In this document: piece by piece, positions 41,820 through 56,111 of the stretch
Numbering within the stretch: the first letter of the stretch is position 1
Layout of the letters: the number at the start of each line of letters is the position of its first letter
Origin: Octopus sinensis
Taxonomy: Eukaryota
Length of the DNA: 64,000 nt
Assembly (NCBI RefSeq): GCF_006345805.1
Contig: NC_043001.1
Location: 77,934,001-77,998,000 of the forward strand
Direction: 5' to 3'
Translations under genes and position numbers: made by a program
Notes under the pieces: model-generated
What the model was told of the DNA's origin: nothing
Databases searched by the model: none
What the model saw: only the letters and a program-made list of their open reading frames with translations

Positions 41820-41875
<56 letters not shown>

Positions 41876-42161
41876 AGTGTGAATGTTTGTATGTGTGTTT
41901 GTATCCACACGTCGTATTGGAAATTTTAGTAGTCGAAGTTTTCCACATAAAACCACCTCAATCCACGTTGTTTCTAAATAAGATGCTATCAAAACTTTAT
42001 GGAAATATTCACTTTCATCACTTAAAATTCTAACAACTTCTTCATATCTTCATGTAACATTGACTGGAGGTATATAATCAGGAGTTTCAAAATATTTGAT
42101 GTGTAAAATATATTCTAGATTTTTCAGTTTATTAGTTCAGCATTTTTTATCATTCTCTCTG

Positions 42162-42258
<97 letters not shown>

Positions 42259-42478
42259 GGTTGTATATGTATATATCATTTTTAGGAGTATACTTCTGCT
42301 TTATGGAACATTAGGCAGCCATAACCCTAAGAGTTATCGAACACAGGCCTACAATCTAAGGAAGACTAATTTTAACTTTGGGAATTGCCAAGATCAATAT
42401 ATTATATATCACTAATTTCTAGATTCTGCTTGTCTTTATTCAGACTGACGATGTTCTCTGGTCTTGATTACGCATATA

Positions 42479-42530
<52 letters not shown>

Positions 42531-42849
42531 AATGTTTGCATGCATGTATGCAGGCATGTATGTATGTTTGTATTTATGTATGTATGTATGTATGTAGTAT
42601 GTATGTATGTATGTATATGTATAGGAATCTGTATATGCGCGTATGTTTGTATCTAGGTATTTATATATGTATATGTGTACGTACACAGACACAAAAATAC
42701 GCGCGGGCATACACACACGAATCTGTATTCATGTATTTAAAACACGTTTCCATATATTTAAAATGGGATTTGCAAGACATAATTGTGACATTGTATCATT
42801 AATGGAATCGACGATATATGTTTGTATGTATGCATATATATATACATAC

Positions 42850-42900
<51 letters not shown>

Positions 42901-43013
42901 TATATATATATATACGTGTATATAAAAATATATATACATATATATACATATATTACACATATATACATGCATATACATATATACATATATATATAATTAC
43001 TATATATGTATAT

Positions 43014-43051
<38 letters not shown>

Positions 43052-43360
43052 CGCGCGCAAATATTCTTAGCTGTAAATACAATATAATAAACAATTAGTG
43101 ATTGGAAGAGAGTAATACGTAGATTTTATTTTCGTAAATCCATTGTCTATTTAATGAGGAATATTTACTTCCCTATATAACGGAGGAAACAAAACACAGT
43201 AAGTCTAAGGGTTAGATATAGACGCAAAAACTCCCCTGAAAACATAATTAGTACATGTATAAATATACGTACACACGGTAACACATATATATGTCCGACA
43301 TACATACATATATATATATATACATATATTTATATATATATATATATATATAATATAAAT

Positions 43361-43398
<38 letters not shown>

Positions 43399-44469
43399 GT
43401 AATGTATATATATATATATACGTATATGTATATATATGTATATACGTAAGTGTTTCCATAAACGTGGATGCGACAATGAATGGCGAGATGTGATTAGACA
43501 CATCAAAATGGATGCAAAAAAACCCTCCATACATATTTATATATAAAAGCACGCAATATTATAAAATAATCCATAAAAAATGATATAAATTTAGCAATAA
43601 GACAACTTGGCGATAAATATTTATCTCTATTACATCTGATGAATCGATGCTAACAACAACAGCAACAATAATAATAATGATAATATGAATAATAATTACT
43701 TAAAGATGTATGAAGTTTATATTATCAAAACTATTTTAAAAGAATTTACATTGCTGATTGGTTTAACGTGTTCTGGATAAGAACCAATTTTCTGTTTAGT
43801 TCCAAAATTATGTTCGTGCTTCATAGAAAATATTTGAAGATTAAGACGAGACGTTGTAAAAGAAAGTATAAAAATATACCAATAATACTAGGACAAAAAT
43901 ATAAAAGAAATATAAAATATATAATAGAGGGAAAAAAAGAACAAATATAAAACTAGACGTTGCAACAAAATAGATTCTTACGGTGTATGACTGTTTTTTA
44001 GTTATTGTATGTGTATATATCTCCCTATTTTGCGATATCTATTGATCTAACTCTCCCACTTGTTGTTTATCTCTTTCTATCTCTCTCTTTATACTTTCTC
44101 TCTCTCTCACAGACATATCTATATATGCATGTATGTATGTATATATATATATATATATAAGTGTGTGTGTATGTATGTTTATGTGTAGGGAAGTTCGTAT
44201 ATGTATGGATATATGTATGTATGAATATATGTATGTATGTATATATACATCACATTGTTCCTCGTGGGAAGAAACAAGACCAATATGGGATATACTGATC
44301 CCGTGGCATTAAGTACCCTGAAAGTGATCCCGAACAACAACTGCAGGGTGTTGATGGCGACGTCACTTCTCTTCATGTAGTCTCCTGGGTTCGGGTTTCC
44401 AAACTTTCTATTCCTACATCATACAAGGAACTCCATTCCTTGCAATTAATGGCATTTTTTCGATGGCCC

Positions 44470-44530
44470 GATAACTGAAGAGATGGCGGCGTGGGTTTCT
44501 GCCCCGACATACAAAACTCGGAGTTTTATC
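44470..44530 (+). ncRNA. Type I hammerhead fold with a G12A core mutation (probably inactive)
   Basis: Stem I GATAA/TTATC, CTGAAGA, G...C-closed stem II, AAAA instead of GAAA, stem III ACTC-G-GAGT, triplet GTT. Confidence 0.55.
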
Positions 44531-44632
44531 ATGGCTACCGAATAATTATCACTTATTATATTTACAGATAAATTCCTCTATTTACATAATATCGAGGTCT
44601 CTTTCATTCTTTTGTTGTCTTACCATTTCTAT

Positions 44633-44654
44633 TAATCAATCAATCAATCAATCA

Positions 44655-44735
<81 letters not shown>

Positions 44736-44744
44736 ATCTATCTG

Positions 44745-44828
<84 letters not shown>
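44633..44828. repeat. (TCAA)n/(TCTA)n microsatellite
   Basis: Direct reading. Confidence 0.95.
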
Positions 44829-44829
<1 letters not shown>

Positions 44830-44914
44830 TTGAATACTAAGCAAATATTCTTTTAAAATACTTTTCATTTAATTTTTCCAAAATTTAATTCTTTTCCATA
44901 CTTACAATTGAAAA

Positions 44915-46300
44915 AGTTTCATATGCGGACCTCCAGTCCTTGCGATTAGTAGACAAGTACTCAAAACGGTTTGGAGGGACACAGCATAAAGGATAATTAT
45001 ATTCAGTCTCCGTCTCGTTGGGAGCCGGTACTTGGCATCCAAATCACATGTTCAACCCAGCGGTGAAGACTGTGAAGGATGCAGGTCTTATTTAATAAAA
45101 ATTCCAGCCCTCAGGAGGATTTAGGGGTAAGGCAACATGTCCTGCCACGTGAAACGGAAGATGTTTTGAAGCGATCTGATATGGAATATTGTCTGATTTG
45201 ATGTGATAAAGGGTCCATCAGTCAAACCCATACGGGAATGTGGATACACAGACAGCTCGATAAACGGCGATTGTTGTACTTGCTCTAAGTTTCTTTTTCT
45301 AAAAGACTCTTTCACTGAGTCTCCCCGAAAGATGTAAGAGAGTTGAAGTATCCCCCCCCACAAGGAGTCCAGGATAGCAAAATGAGTCTGACTGTTGTAG
45401 AGAAGCATCTTTAATAAGAATGGGCTGAGGGTAAGGTGAGTATGGGAATGCTAATAGGAGAACTTCAGTTTTGTAATGATTCGCTTGAATACCAAAACGA
45501 CAATAGCCACTGTTCATTCAGTTTGTTATGTGTTGAAGGGAAGTGACGGTATGAGTTGGTGCAACTAGATCGTCAGAATTCTTATATTCGTACCCCGTTG
45601 TTGAGAGGATTATCGATATGGCTTTCAGGCGGCTAGTTTTACAGATGATGTTATCATAGAGCCACTCGATACAAATTTCCTCTTTTTCAGTCTACCGGAA
45701 AGAAGGATTACAACCATCAGATAAATGTTAAACAATTGAAAGGCAAGGACGTATCGTCTTTTTAAACCCCATCTGACATCAAGACATTATGATGCTTCAC
45801 CACCGAATGTCACTCTCGCTTGATACCGTCGTGAAACTTACAGACAATAAAGAGAAATTTCTGAAGCAGGCGCCACAACAGAAGACGGATGACCGCGTCA
45901 ATCACCTTTGTTAGATCGATGAAGATATAATGATGATACGAATTGACCTTTGGGAAGAGTCAACCGCAGCGTAATGTGACAGTCATGCTGTCCAACTGTA
46001 CAATCTGTCATCTTGTTTGTAATGGAGATCTTCACAGCGAAGGTCATTTTATGAGTTCTGTCGTTGCCATTGGAGACAACCTTCTTGTAGAATGTGCACC
46101 CCTCTCCCTGTTCAGTAAGAGAACTTTCTTCTGATAAGCGCATGTCGCTAAGAGCTGCTATGTATCATTGTAGCATTTCAGCTCGGATGCAACCAGAGCA
46201 GTCCTTCAATGGGGACAATCTGAATTAGGAAGATGAATGAAAGTTCTAACATTCCAAGAAGCGATTGACAGTATTTTGAAGTTTCGACCGCATTAAAGGG
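44915..46300 (-). mobile_element. Decayed RTE-clade LINE (APE N-terminus joined to post-RT region)
   Basis: Minus translation gives IASWNVRT (46241-46265), RTALVASELKCYN, RLSEESSLTEQGEGCTFY, then DSFCYPG, GRLSERVF, AVYRAVCVSTFPYG..WTLY. The central RT is not recognisable. Confidence 0.75.
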
Positions 46301-46932
46301 CTAACCGGGTAGAAAGATGCAAGCTTTATCTGGGCCACCTTTTCTAGGCTGCCTCTCAGATTACGGTAGGCAGTGCCTTCCTTATGTAGAGCTGCCTAGA
46401 TGCATGAGCAGGACCGATGGAACATGTTACTTCTTGGAAAAGTCTATAGTGGCCATCTTTCTGATGCTGCAACGATGCAAGCTTCTTGCTAGACGCTTCC
46501 AGCATCTAATAATTTGTAGGTACATGGTATTTCTTTATACAGCCATAATGTACTTTAAAATATCAAAACATTTATAGGTCAATACCACGTTCTACTGCGA
46601 TAGCAGGGCTCTTTCATTATTTTGTTAAGGTTATTTCTACTGATATTCCATAGAAATTGTAGCCAGCACTGATTTTTGCTACAACGATTCGTATCTAGAT
46701 GTCAGATGTAAACAAACAATGAGATCGAAGACAAAAGTGGGTAATGAGAGTATATGCCATATTTCCGGTGTTCCTGTCCCTTCATCATCACCCATATACA
46801 TGTTTGCTTCCGTCACCAGTTGCTCACCGCCGATAGAGTTGGGAGACGAAAACAAGAGGAGGAGGAAAATGAAGGAAAAAGGCTGAGATGAATCGATGTC
46901 TGCGCAAAGATTTGGATATATATATATATATT

Positions 46933-46966
<34 letters not shown>

Positions 46967-46971
46967 ATATA

Positions 46972-47140
46972 GGCACAAGAGTGGCTGTGTGGCAAGTAGT
47001 TTGCTTACCAACCACATGGTTCTGGTTCAGTGTACATTCCCACTGCATGGCACCTTGGGCAGGTGTCTTCTACTATGGCGTCGGTCCGACCAAACCGTTG
47101 TGACTGGATTTGATAGACGGAAACTGAAAGAAGCCCGTCT

Positions 47141-47171
<31 letters not shown>

Positions 47172-47397
47172 GTATATACGTATGTGTGTGTGTATGTTTG
47201 TGTGTCTGTGTTTGTCCCCCAACATCGTTTGACAACAGAAGGTGGTATGTTTACGTCTCTGTAACTTAGTGGTTCGGCAAAAGAGAGCGAAAGAATAAGT
47301 ACTAGGCTTCCAAAGAATAAGTGTTGGGGTCGATTTGCTCTTGTGAAGGCGGTGCTGTGGCATGGCCGTATCCAAATGACTGAAACAATTAAAAGAG
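46972..47397 (+). mobile_element. CORE-type SINE, full length, with internal microsatellite
   Basis: Colinear with 1337-1822, including CACCTTGGGCAGGTGTCTTC. Confidence 0.85.
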
Positions 47398-47900
47398 TAT
47401 ATATATATTGGACCAGAGTGAGAATATAAACATACATACACCCATATAAATACACACACATACAGACACAAACTCATATATACGTACTTACACACACACA
47501 ATGCTGTGTAATTCGCATAATTTAGAAGATTCTGCAAATTCAGAATTCGTTGTAACTCAAATATTTATATCCTATCCACGATCAACTGGCCACCACAACC
47601 ATCATTATCGCCAGCACACCCAACGTCACCCCAACTACCACTACTACAATCATCACCACCACCAGCCGGTTCCTTTGTATATGCTACCGGTAATACTAAA
47701 CCTACTACCAGTATCCACCTTCCAGAAACTTCTCTTGACCTCACACGTTTTCTAAAATCCCTATTAGATCCACACTTTAACACATGACCACCCACCGTGA
47801 TAAAATTAACGTTCCGTAATATATTTATTCATATAATCACGCTGTCAATTACAGCTTTAACTAAATCTTACTCAGTACCTTTAGTTTCGTACATTAGTAC

Positions 47901-47931
<31 letters not shown>

Positions 47932-48207
47932 ATATATATATATGTATTTCTTGGCGAAAGGAGGAAGGGTTTTGGCTGTTTTTTCTTTCTTTTTTTCTTT
48001 CTTAGTATCCTTCACGTCAAGTTTATTTGTTTTAGTTTTGTATTTTTAGCTATTCTCCGATAATTCTTTTTATAGGAACTTCCCTAATCAGACGTCTTGA
48101 ATTTCTTTTATTATTCTATTAGCAAAATTTCTCTCGATTTGGGTTGGTGACGGCGTAAGTTCATTTAAGATAGGCATTTGTACGTATATATATATTTATA
48201 TATATGT

Positions 48208-48239
<32 letters not shown>

Positions 48240-49229
48240 CAGACAAAGACATATATATAAACATACGTACATATATTCCCCTATGTAAATGCATGTACAT
48301 ACATATACACCCCCCCCTGACACTCATCTACTCCAAAATATACTTAGAGACACACAAACATACACATATAACTAAAAGTGAACTGATAGATTTATCCACA
48401 CATTTATTCACAGATGTCTTTATATTCTTCTATCGACCTCTCTTCACATCTTCAATGTATCTATACAAACTAAAGAATTGCAATGCTTTGAATACAATGG
48501 TAGTTATTCTCTCAAAACTAGATTACTATGTCCTTTACCTTCAAGACATCTTTCTGGTGTTCATCAAGTATTTTTTTTATAATTTTGTAGTTTTTACATC
48601 ATTTTAACAACCATTTAAAAAAATCTTTTTTGTGTCTTTTTGATATTTTTTTTATCTCTTTATCGTCTTCCATTTTTTTTTGTTACATTTTCTTGATATC
48701 TTTCCATGTATTTTTCAGGTTTATTTTTCTTTTTTTTTTTAATGGTAATTCTTTGCTTTTTCATTTCAGATTTAGAATTGTTTTTGTTTCCGTAGTATCT
48801 TTTAGACATAAAAAAAATTCTATTTCAGTATACTTACACACACATACAAACATGTGTTTATGTTGACATATTCATTTATGCATACACAGACACATATATA
48901 TATACACGCACACAAACACCCACCCTCACAAACGCACAACCACACGAACAAGCCTTCGATGCTCGGCAGTAAACAGCCATAGCGAAAGTAACATAATTAT
49001 TGTGAATACCATTAACGAAAAGTCACCTACAAATCTTAATGAAAATAAAATAAATGTGAAGTTATCTCTACTGAATTTAATCTCTATAACATAGGTTTTC
49101 GCTGAAGATTATGATAAAATACGTTTCAGTCTATTTATTATGTAGTCTCGAAAATCTGATTTAACTCAATGTATTCGGCTAAACAGAATTTCACTTTCAA
49201 GCCACAAATTGTGTTGTAAATTGTATTAC

Positions 49230-49410
49230 AGCCACACTGAGCAATCTTCGAGAAGGACCGAGTCAAACGAATCGACCCCAATACTGATTAGGAAGTCTGG
49301 TTCTTATTCTATCGAAATACTTTACTGAATTGATAAGTCCCGAGTTCGTAGGCTAATCCACGCCGGATGTGAAGCGGTTGTGGGACGCAAAAACAAACAA
49401 TGGCACACTG
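49230..49410 (-). mobile_element. SINE 3' half, decayed
   Basis: AATCGACCCC..CTTATTCTATCG is the reverse complement of the CORE-type SINE tail. Confidence 0.55.
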
Positions 49411-49422
49411 AAGTGATATATG

Positions 49423-49519
<97 letters not shown>

Positions 49520-49705
49520 GATATTGTATAATTATAAACAGGACAAATTTTACCCATTTCTCCGCAGACTGGAAAAAATTATGGACAACCGTAATCGATC
49601 TCTGCATCCCATTATACAGGTAAACCGTTGCTTAATTTAAATCCCGTGCACATGCGGAATTATGTTATAGCGAAACATGTGTAGTGTTTAGTAAATAGTG
49701 TTTAG

Positions 49706-49860
49706 TATATAGCGGTGTACGTACACCCTTGTGCTCACCTTATAGTATTATAGAAGGTATGTATCTAAATTTTGTACGACTCTTACTCTATCTTTTATTC
49801 CCCTCTCATTTTTCTTCCTTTTTCTCTCTCCCACACTCTCACAATTCTTGGTCCTCTCTT
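49706..49860. repeat. Interspersed repeat shared with 54461-54640
   Basis: TATATAGCGGTGTACGTACACCCTTGTGCTCACC...TTTTGTACGACTCTTACTC is present at both sites. Confidence 0.75.
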
Positions 49861-49975
49861 CCTTTACCTCCCACTAGCGGTCACTGATTTGTAACAAGCA
49901 AAATAGCTAGTAATAACATCTCAAGAAGAGATAGAGTAATAACATATATTTAACAGTAAAGCGAGTAACCACATA

Positions 49976-50226
49976 AAAGTAGCTGATGCATGTTGCTACT
50001 AATTTAACTCCAGGCGGATCTCCACCAACTGGTTTTGGCTGCAAAGCTCTGCACCCATTATATACAATATATTGCTAGCAATATATCATGATCCTGTCAG
50101 AAGCTGGGAAATAGTAGGGTTTCGCTAGCGGTATATTGTATATAAAGTGTGCAGAGCTTGCACCGAAAAGCAGCTGGGGCACAATCCTCCCAGGTTAAAC
50201 CTGTAGTAACATTCATCTGCCACTTT
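49976..50226. mobile_element. Degenerate fold-back MITE (about 250 bp)
   Basis: AAAGTAGCTGATGCATGTTGCTAC..GCAAAGCTCTGCAC..TATATACAATAT is mirrored by ATATTGTATATA..GTGCAGAGCTTGC..GTAGTAACATTCATCTGCCACTTT. Confidence 0.65.
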
Positions 50227-50313
50227 CATGTAGCTTCTTGATTTACTGTTTAGTATACGTTACCCCTGCATCTCTTCTTGAGATTTTTATAACTTGCTAT
50301 TTTGCGTATATGC

Positions 50314-50356
<43 letters not shown>

Positions 50357-50366
50357 ATATATATAT

Positions 50367-51135
50367 ATGTATAATTATTATTTGAGGGAATAAAATCCAA
50401 ACTTACAAGGAAAAAGAATTCAATTTAAAAATACTAAATCAAATTCCTCACAATATAATATACATAAAAATATTAGAAAAAAGACCACCTTTTATCAATT
50501 CAAAATGAATAATTACATTACACCATCTAGAAAATCATATATAATAGAAAAGTTAAATTTAAAATAACAATTAAAAAGTAAAGATTAAGTAAATTACCAG
50601 AATAATATAATGTATATAATTGTTATTTTAATTTTAACTTTCTCTATTATATGTAATTTTCTATATGATGTAATTTAATTATTCATTTTGAATGATGAAA
50701 GGTGTTTTTTTTTCTAATATCTTATATATATATATATTATATATATATAATATATATATATATTATATATATATATATATATGTATAATTATTATTTGAG
50801 GGAATAAAATCCAAACTTACAAGGAAAAAGAATTCAATTTAAAAATACTAAATCAAATTCCTCACAATATAATATACATAAAAATATTAGAAAAAAGACC
50901 ACCTTTTATCAATTCAAAATGAATAATTACATTACACCATCTAGAAAATCATATATAATAGAAAAGTTAAATTTAAAATAACAATTAAAAAGTAAAGATT
51001 AAGTAAATTACCAGAATAATATAATGTATATAATTGTTATTTTAATTTTAACTTTCTCTATTATATGTAATTTTCTATATGATGTAATTTAATTATTCAT
51101 TTTGAATTGATGAAAGGTGTTTTTTTTTCTAATAT

Positions 51136-51139
<4 letters not shown>
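50367..51139. repeat. Near-identical tandem duplication (period about 414 bp) of an AT-rich unit containing an inverted repeat
   Basis: 50367-50724 is nearly identical to 50781-51139. Each unit has CACCTTTTATCAATTCAAAATGAATAATT mirrored by AATTATTCATTTTGAAT..GAAAGGTG. Confidence 0.85.
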
Positions 51140-51186
<47 letters not shown>

Positions 51187-51224
51187 GAATGGAGCTGAAC
51201 GACGAATTAACAAAATTCTTTTAA

Positions 51225-51304
51225 TTTCGACATATGTTTCAAGGCTGCATATTCCTAATTGCGAAGGAATAAGGAGTACATTATGCCGCTTTCTCATCAG
51301 GAAA
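51225..51304 (-). ncRNA. Type I hammerhead ribozyme fold (minus copy, stem II closing C lost)
   Basis: Minus strand reads TTTC-CTGATGA-GAAAGCGG..GCAGCCTT-GAAA-CATATG-TC-GAAA. Confidence 0.65.
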
Positions 51305-51547
51305 AGTACGGAACTTATGTCAACATCAAAATGCACAAAAATCTTTTAGATGATTGCTCACACGGAGCCCATAGCGATAATGAGTGTCTCTTTAAAATAT
51401 TCCTTTATAAGGAATACATCCAACCATTTTGACATCATTCCTTATAAAGGAATATTTTAAAGAGACACTCATTATCGCTATGGGCTCCGTGTGAGCAATC
51501 ATCTAAAAGTTTTTTGTGCATTTTGATGTTGGCATAAGTTCCTTGCT

Positions 51548-51628
51548 TTTCCTGATGAGAAAGCGGCATAATCTACTCCTTATTCCTTCGCAATTAGGAA
51601 TATGCAGCCTTCGAAACATATGTCGAAA
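51548..51628 (+). ncRNA. Type I hammerhead ribozyme fold with a long stem II
   Basis: Stem I TTTC/GAAA, core CTGATGA (51552-51558), 54-nt stem II closed by G-C, GAAA (51613-51616), palindromic stem III ACATATGT, triplet GTC with predicted cut after 51624. Confidence 0.75.
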
Positions 51629-51831
51629 TTAATGGAATTTTGTTAATTCGTCGTTCAGCTCCATTCTTTCATATATTTATATTTTTAAAATAAACATACA
51701 ACTTTCCACACGAAAGCACGTAATCCATGCCCTAGGCACGTAACTTCAACCATGTTTTTTCTGATGTGAATTTGCTCCCCAGGTATCGGTTAATTCGAAT
51801 TATCCTAAATAAGATAATTCATTCAACTACT

Positions 51832-51886
<55 letters not shown>

Positions 51887-52489
51887 GTAAATGTAATATG
51901 TGACAATTATTCGGTAGCCATGATAAAACTGTGATGACGAGGATCTCTCATGTCAACTGAGTGCTCAGTCACTTGCACCTTATTTTCACGAGCAAGCTGT
52001 TCCGCTGATCGGATCAACTGAGACATTCCCCGCAGTAACTGACGGAATGCCAGCTTTTAGACTTAAACAGTCAGAAAATCAGAATTCACACAAAAATGTA
52101 TACATTTGAATTATATATATATATTAAACGGCGGTGCATCAGCATGACCGCAGCTCTGAGCTGAAACTACAGAAAAAAATATATACATATATATATATTG
52201 ATGAAAGAAGTCCTTATTAAGATTCTTCATTTAAAATTCATGTCATCAAAAATTTAGTATTCCGTTTCAAATACGATGGAGAGTAAAAAGTGATTTATGC
52301 TTTCATCATTTGATGTTTAAAATCATTTTATACTTTTAAAATTATCGATGTTATGTTATATGAACTGGAGCGTTAAATTTTATATGATTTGAAATATATT
52401 CAAACATCATAAATTTTAACCGTTCAATTTATGATGCATAATTTTAGAATAGGCGTAGGCATTAAAAATAACATTAGTAACATAACCCG

Positions 52490-52800
52490 AAGATCCTGTA
52501 ATTGTAGGTCTCGGGCCAATTACCTGAACAATACGTGTCTAGGAAAAGAATTACTGTACAAGGCCAGCATTTTATGAACAGAACAACAAAATCATACATT
52601 GGAGACAGATATACGCAGTATGTGATTTCGTTCAGACATAAAAACAAAAGACCCACTACATCTTTATCGAATATCGTCTCATAGTAGTAAGCGACTTCCA
52701 AATAAACTGCAACGTTATATCTAAGCCAAGAAGCGGGGTAGAAAATACCAGTTCTGCACCATTAAATGACTAAATATCATAATATTAACAGTGAATGTTC
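52490..52800 (+). pseudogene. Decayed Penelope-type GIY-YIG endonuclease fragment
   Basis: Mixed-frame LNNTCLGKELLYKASI..SYIGDRY..SFRHKNKRPTTSLSNIV resembles the C..CL...VY.A...YIG.T...H..SF....TSLS pattern. Confidence 0.5.
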
Positions 52801-53166
52801 TTAGCATTAAGGAGGAAATCTCCCCTTGCATTCACAAGCAACAATTCATACTTCGAAATTTGAAGCACGACTGTCATCCACTTCGCCACCCTCCAGCTTG
52901 GCCAAGAACTTCTCTGGACATCGATTACATGTAATATATGAATATTATGTATAAAAGTTACCCACCCCCACTAAAAGTATGGAGTCCATCATTTTGCAGA
53001 TATGTATGCTTTACACATATTCATGACATCATATGATTCATAGAAAACTATTAATATATACGCAGAGACAAAGTTTGGCGTCGAAAACTGTGAAACACAT
53101 AATCATACACGAACAAAATGCATAATGCACAATTATGCGCGCGTGTGTGTGAATATATATTATATA

Positions 53167-53210
<44 letters not shown>

Positions 53211-53671
53211 AATTAATCAGAGGACATACTAAGTGCGTCTACCTGCTGGAAATAACAGTCAAAACTCTTATTTAAATCGCCAAAATATACTGATATTAAC
53301 TACAGAAATCAACCGTCCGAAGGCAAACGGGATAAGACACTCTCAGCATACGTTGAAGTATTTGGATTCACGGGACCGGTTTCTGGACTGGCATTATTAC
53401 CTCATCTTCCTCATCACGCGTTACCATGAAGGAGAAAATCAATGATGTCTTCGCAAATATTTTCTCCTGAATTATTTGCCCCGTTTTGAAATTATATTAT
53501 ATTATATATGTGTGTGTGCGTGTCAGTGTTTGGGTTAGTGTATCTTTGTGCGTAACAGTGTATTCATTTGAGTGCGTACATATTTTGTAAGGATGTGCGC
53601 AAGCGTTCTCGCATAGAATGATTATGGAATAAAATCTATGGTGAACGCAGTACATTTCAAAAATTCCAGAG

Positions 53672-53711
<40 letters not shown>

Positions 53712-53798
53712 GCATATATATATATATATATATGTATACATATATATGTATATATATATATATAATATATATATATACATATATACACACACACACAC

Positions 53799-53895
<97 letters not shown>

Positions 53896-53899
53896 GGTA

Positions 53900-54270
53900 A
53901 ACAGTAAAAATAATTACAGACATGGACAAGAACATGAAACACCACAGAGACGACACAAGAACCACAGGACGGGACATTCGAAGCCCTCAGTCATCAGTCA
54001 AGAACCAGATCATCTTAGCAATTTCGGCTGATTAATCTTGAGATTGCTCCGATATGGCCAGCCCGCCAAGGGAAATCTAAGCCAAGCGCATTAGATCCGC
54101 TGGAAGAAAGCTTCGAATGTATACAACACGAGGACGGAAAACGAACGAAGTACACGAACAAAAATACAGAATACGTGACACCAATAAGAATACAAAAACG
54201 TAAAAACAATAACGGTAAAAATAAAAAATAAACAACAAAACAAAACCAGGACGTAGGACAAGGGTCTTTC
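53900..54270 (-). mobile_element. Probable PLE-associated interspersed repeat fragment
   Basis: GC-richer island between TA arrays, with CTGATGA on the minus strand but no downstream GAAA. Class tentative. Confidence 0.35.
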
Positions 54271-54371
54271 GACAGGACGAGTTGAGTATGGGGCTGGCTT
54301 GTGAAGTTGTGCCTAATGGCCGCAGGGAGACGAACAAATACGTGTTGCTTCTGCGACTGCTAAAACGAAAA

Positions 54372-54435
<64 letters not shown>

Positions 54436-54794
54436 GTATATATATGTATATATGTATATATATAGCGGTGTACGTACACCCTTGTGCTCTCACCATATAG
54501 CATTATAATTGGCATGTATCTAATTTTGTACGACTCTTACTCTTTCTTTTATGTCCCTTCTCAGTTTTCTTCCTTTTTTCTCGCTCCCCCATTTCTCATT
54601 TCTTGGCCCTCTCTTTCTTTATCTCCCAATATTTCCCACTTGTTTATCTCCCCCGTACATTTCCCTTTGTCTCTGATTTTTTTTACAATCCTTCAATTTC
54701 ACCGCCTCCTACCCATTTCTCTTCCTTCCACGGTGTCCGGCTAGTCACGATCTTTCTTTCTTGGCCTGACTGCCGACTGCAATATTCTGATACA

Positions 54795-54829
<35 letters not shown>

Positions 54830-55267
54830 CTAATTTGTGTATTTTTCCCTCACGGGCTACTTTTTACTGGAAGGCAATACTTTGTATTGCATTACTGATA
54901 TTTTGAAACTTCTTCACCGTTTCTCGTACTGTTAGCGTTCCGTATTTCAGTCGAGTGTGTTAGTATTTATGTGGTAACATCGTAGTTTCGTCTTGGTATA
55001 TGTTTGGCTGAAGAAGGTAAAGCAAAATATGGGTGAGAGACATATCTTGCAAAACCTGAAACCTGCAGGTACCACATTATCCATTTTCCGGGTGTTTCAT
55101 CTTTCAGATGTTCTCCCTGGAGGTAAGACGGGTTTTTTTCTCTATTTTGTTGCACACACGCATTTTTACTAATACATACGCGGTGAAGCTACACATTAGC
55201 GTCGTATTTTTACGTTCGCTATTTCCAGTAAATATCGGTACTTAGTTGTGCCATTTATTTACTAATT

Positions 55268-55365
<98 letters not shown>

Positions 55366-55881
55366 TGTATATATGAATGTACCTATGTGTGTCACTATAT
55401 GTGGGTGTGTACATATATGGCCGTACAGAAATTCAAAACATAACACATGGATTCGATTTTTAGATTGTGCAGAACCCAAAATTCCGTTTAACAGGCGGTT
55501 ACGATCTTGTTGTTTAACTATAAAACCACTGAAATACTCCAATCAAAGCACGAAACCAATCAGAAGTGTTATCTACCCAGAATACTGTCCGTTGTGACCA
55601 TCATTTCTTAACTGCTCTTTTCTAATACTTAGTACATGAGAAATGCGTGACAATAATTCTTAAAAGAAAATATCATTGAATAATAATGTCAACAATGAGA
55701 AATTCAAATTTTCAATAAAATATCAGATTGCCCTCTCTTTATTTAATTGACAATTTATTACAAACAAATAACACATTCACAAAATATTTCATACATTTAG
55801 AAAATTTTACACCAGGCATATTCCAGTAGTCTTCCTCATAAATTCAAACACAGTGCTCCTGTATATTTTAATTATAACGTT

Positions 55882-55934
<53 letters not shown>

Positions 55935-56111
55935 CTATATTCGATTATATGGTAAACGGTGCCGAATTTTACACATTTGTAAATAAATAGAATAGTAATT
56001 ATAATCATAATAATATTTTATAAGCTTATCAGAGATGACCGTGCATTGGCTAAAATAAATAGTCTAATATTGAGGCATATAAGTCCTCAACGCAATAAGG
56101 TGAGGTTTACT

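Larger units (their letters stand above)
51181..51672. mobile_element. 492-bp palindrome of two head-to-head PLE-type termini
   Basis: Arms 51181-51415 and 51437-51672, 21-nt loop, about 7 substitutions and 1 indel by eye. Confidence 0.9.

Noticed and set aside
47560-47790. Pro/Ser/Thr-rich open frame
   Set aside because: Explained by degenerate CCA/CTA repeats; no homology recognised.
53960-54005. CTGATGA on the minus strand as a further hammerhead
   Set aside because: Followed by CTGAGGGCTTCGAATGTC, with no GAAA and no stems I or II.
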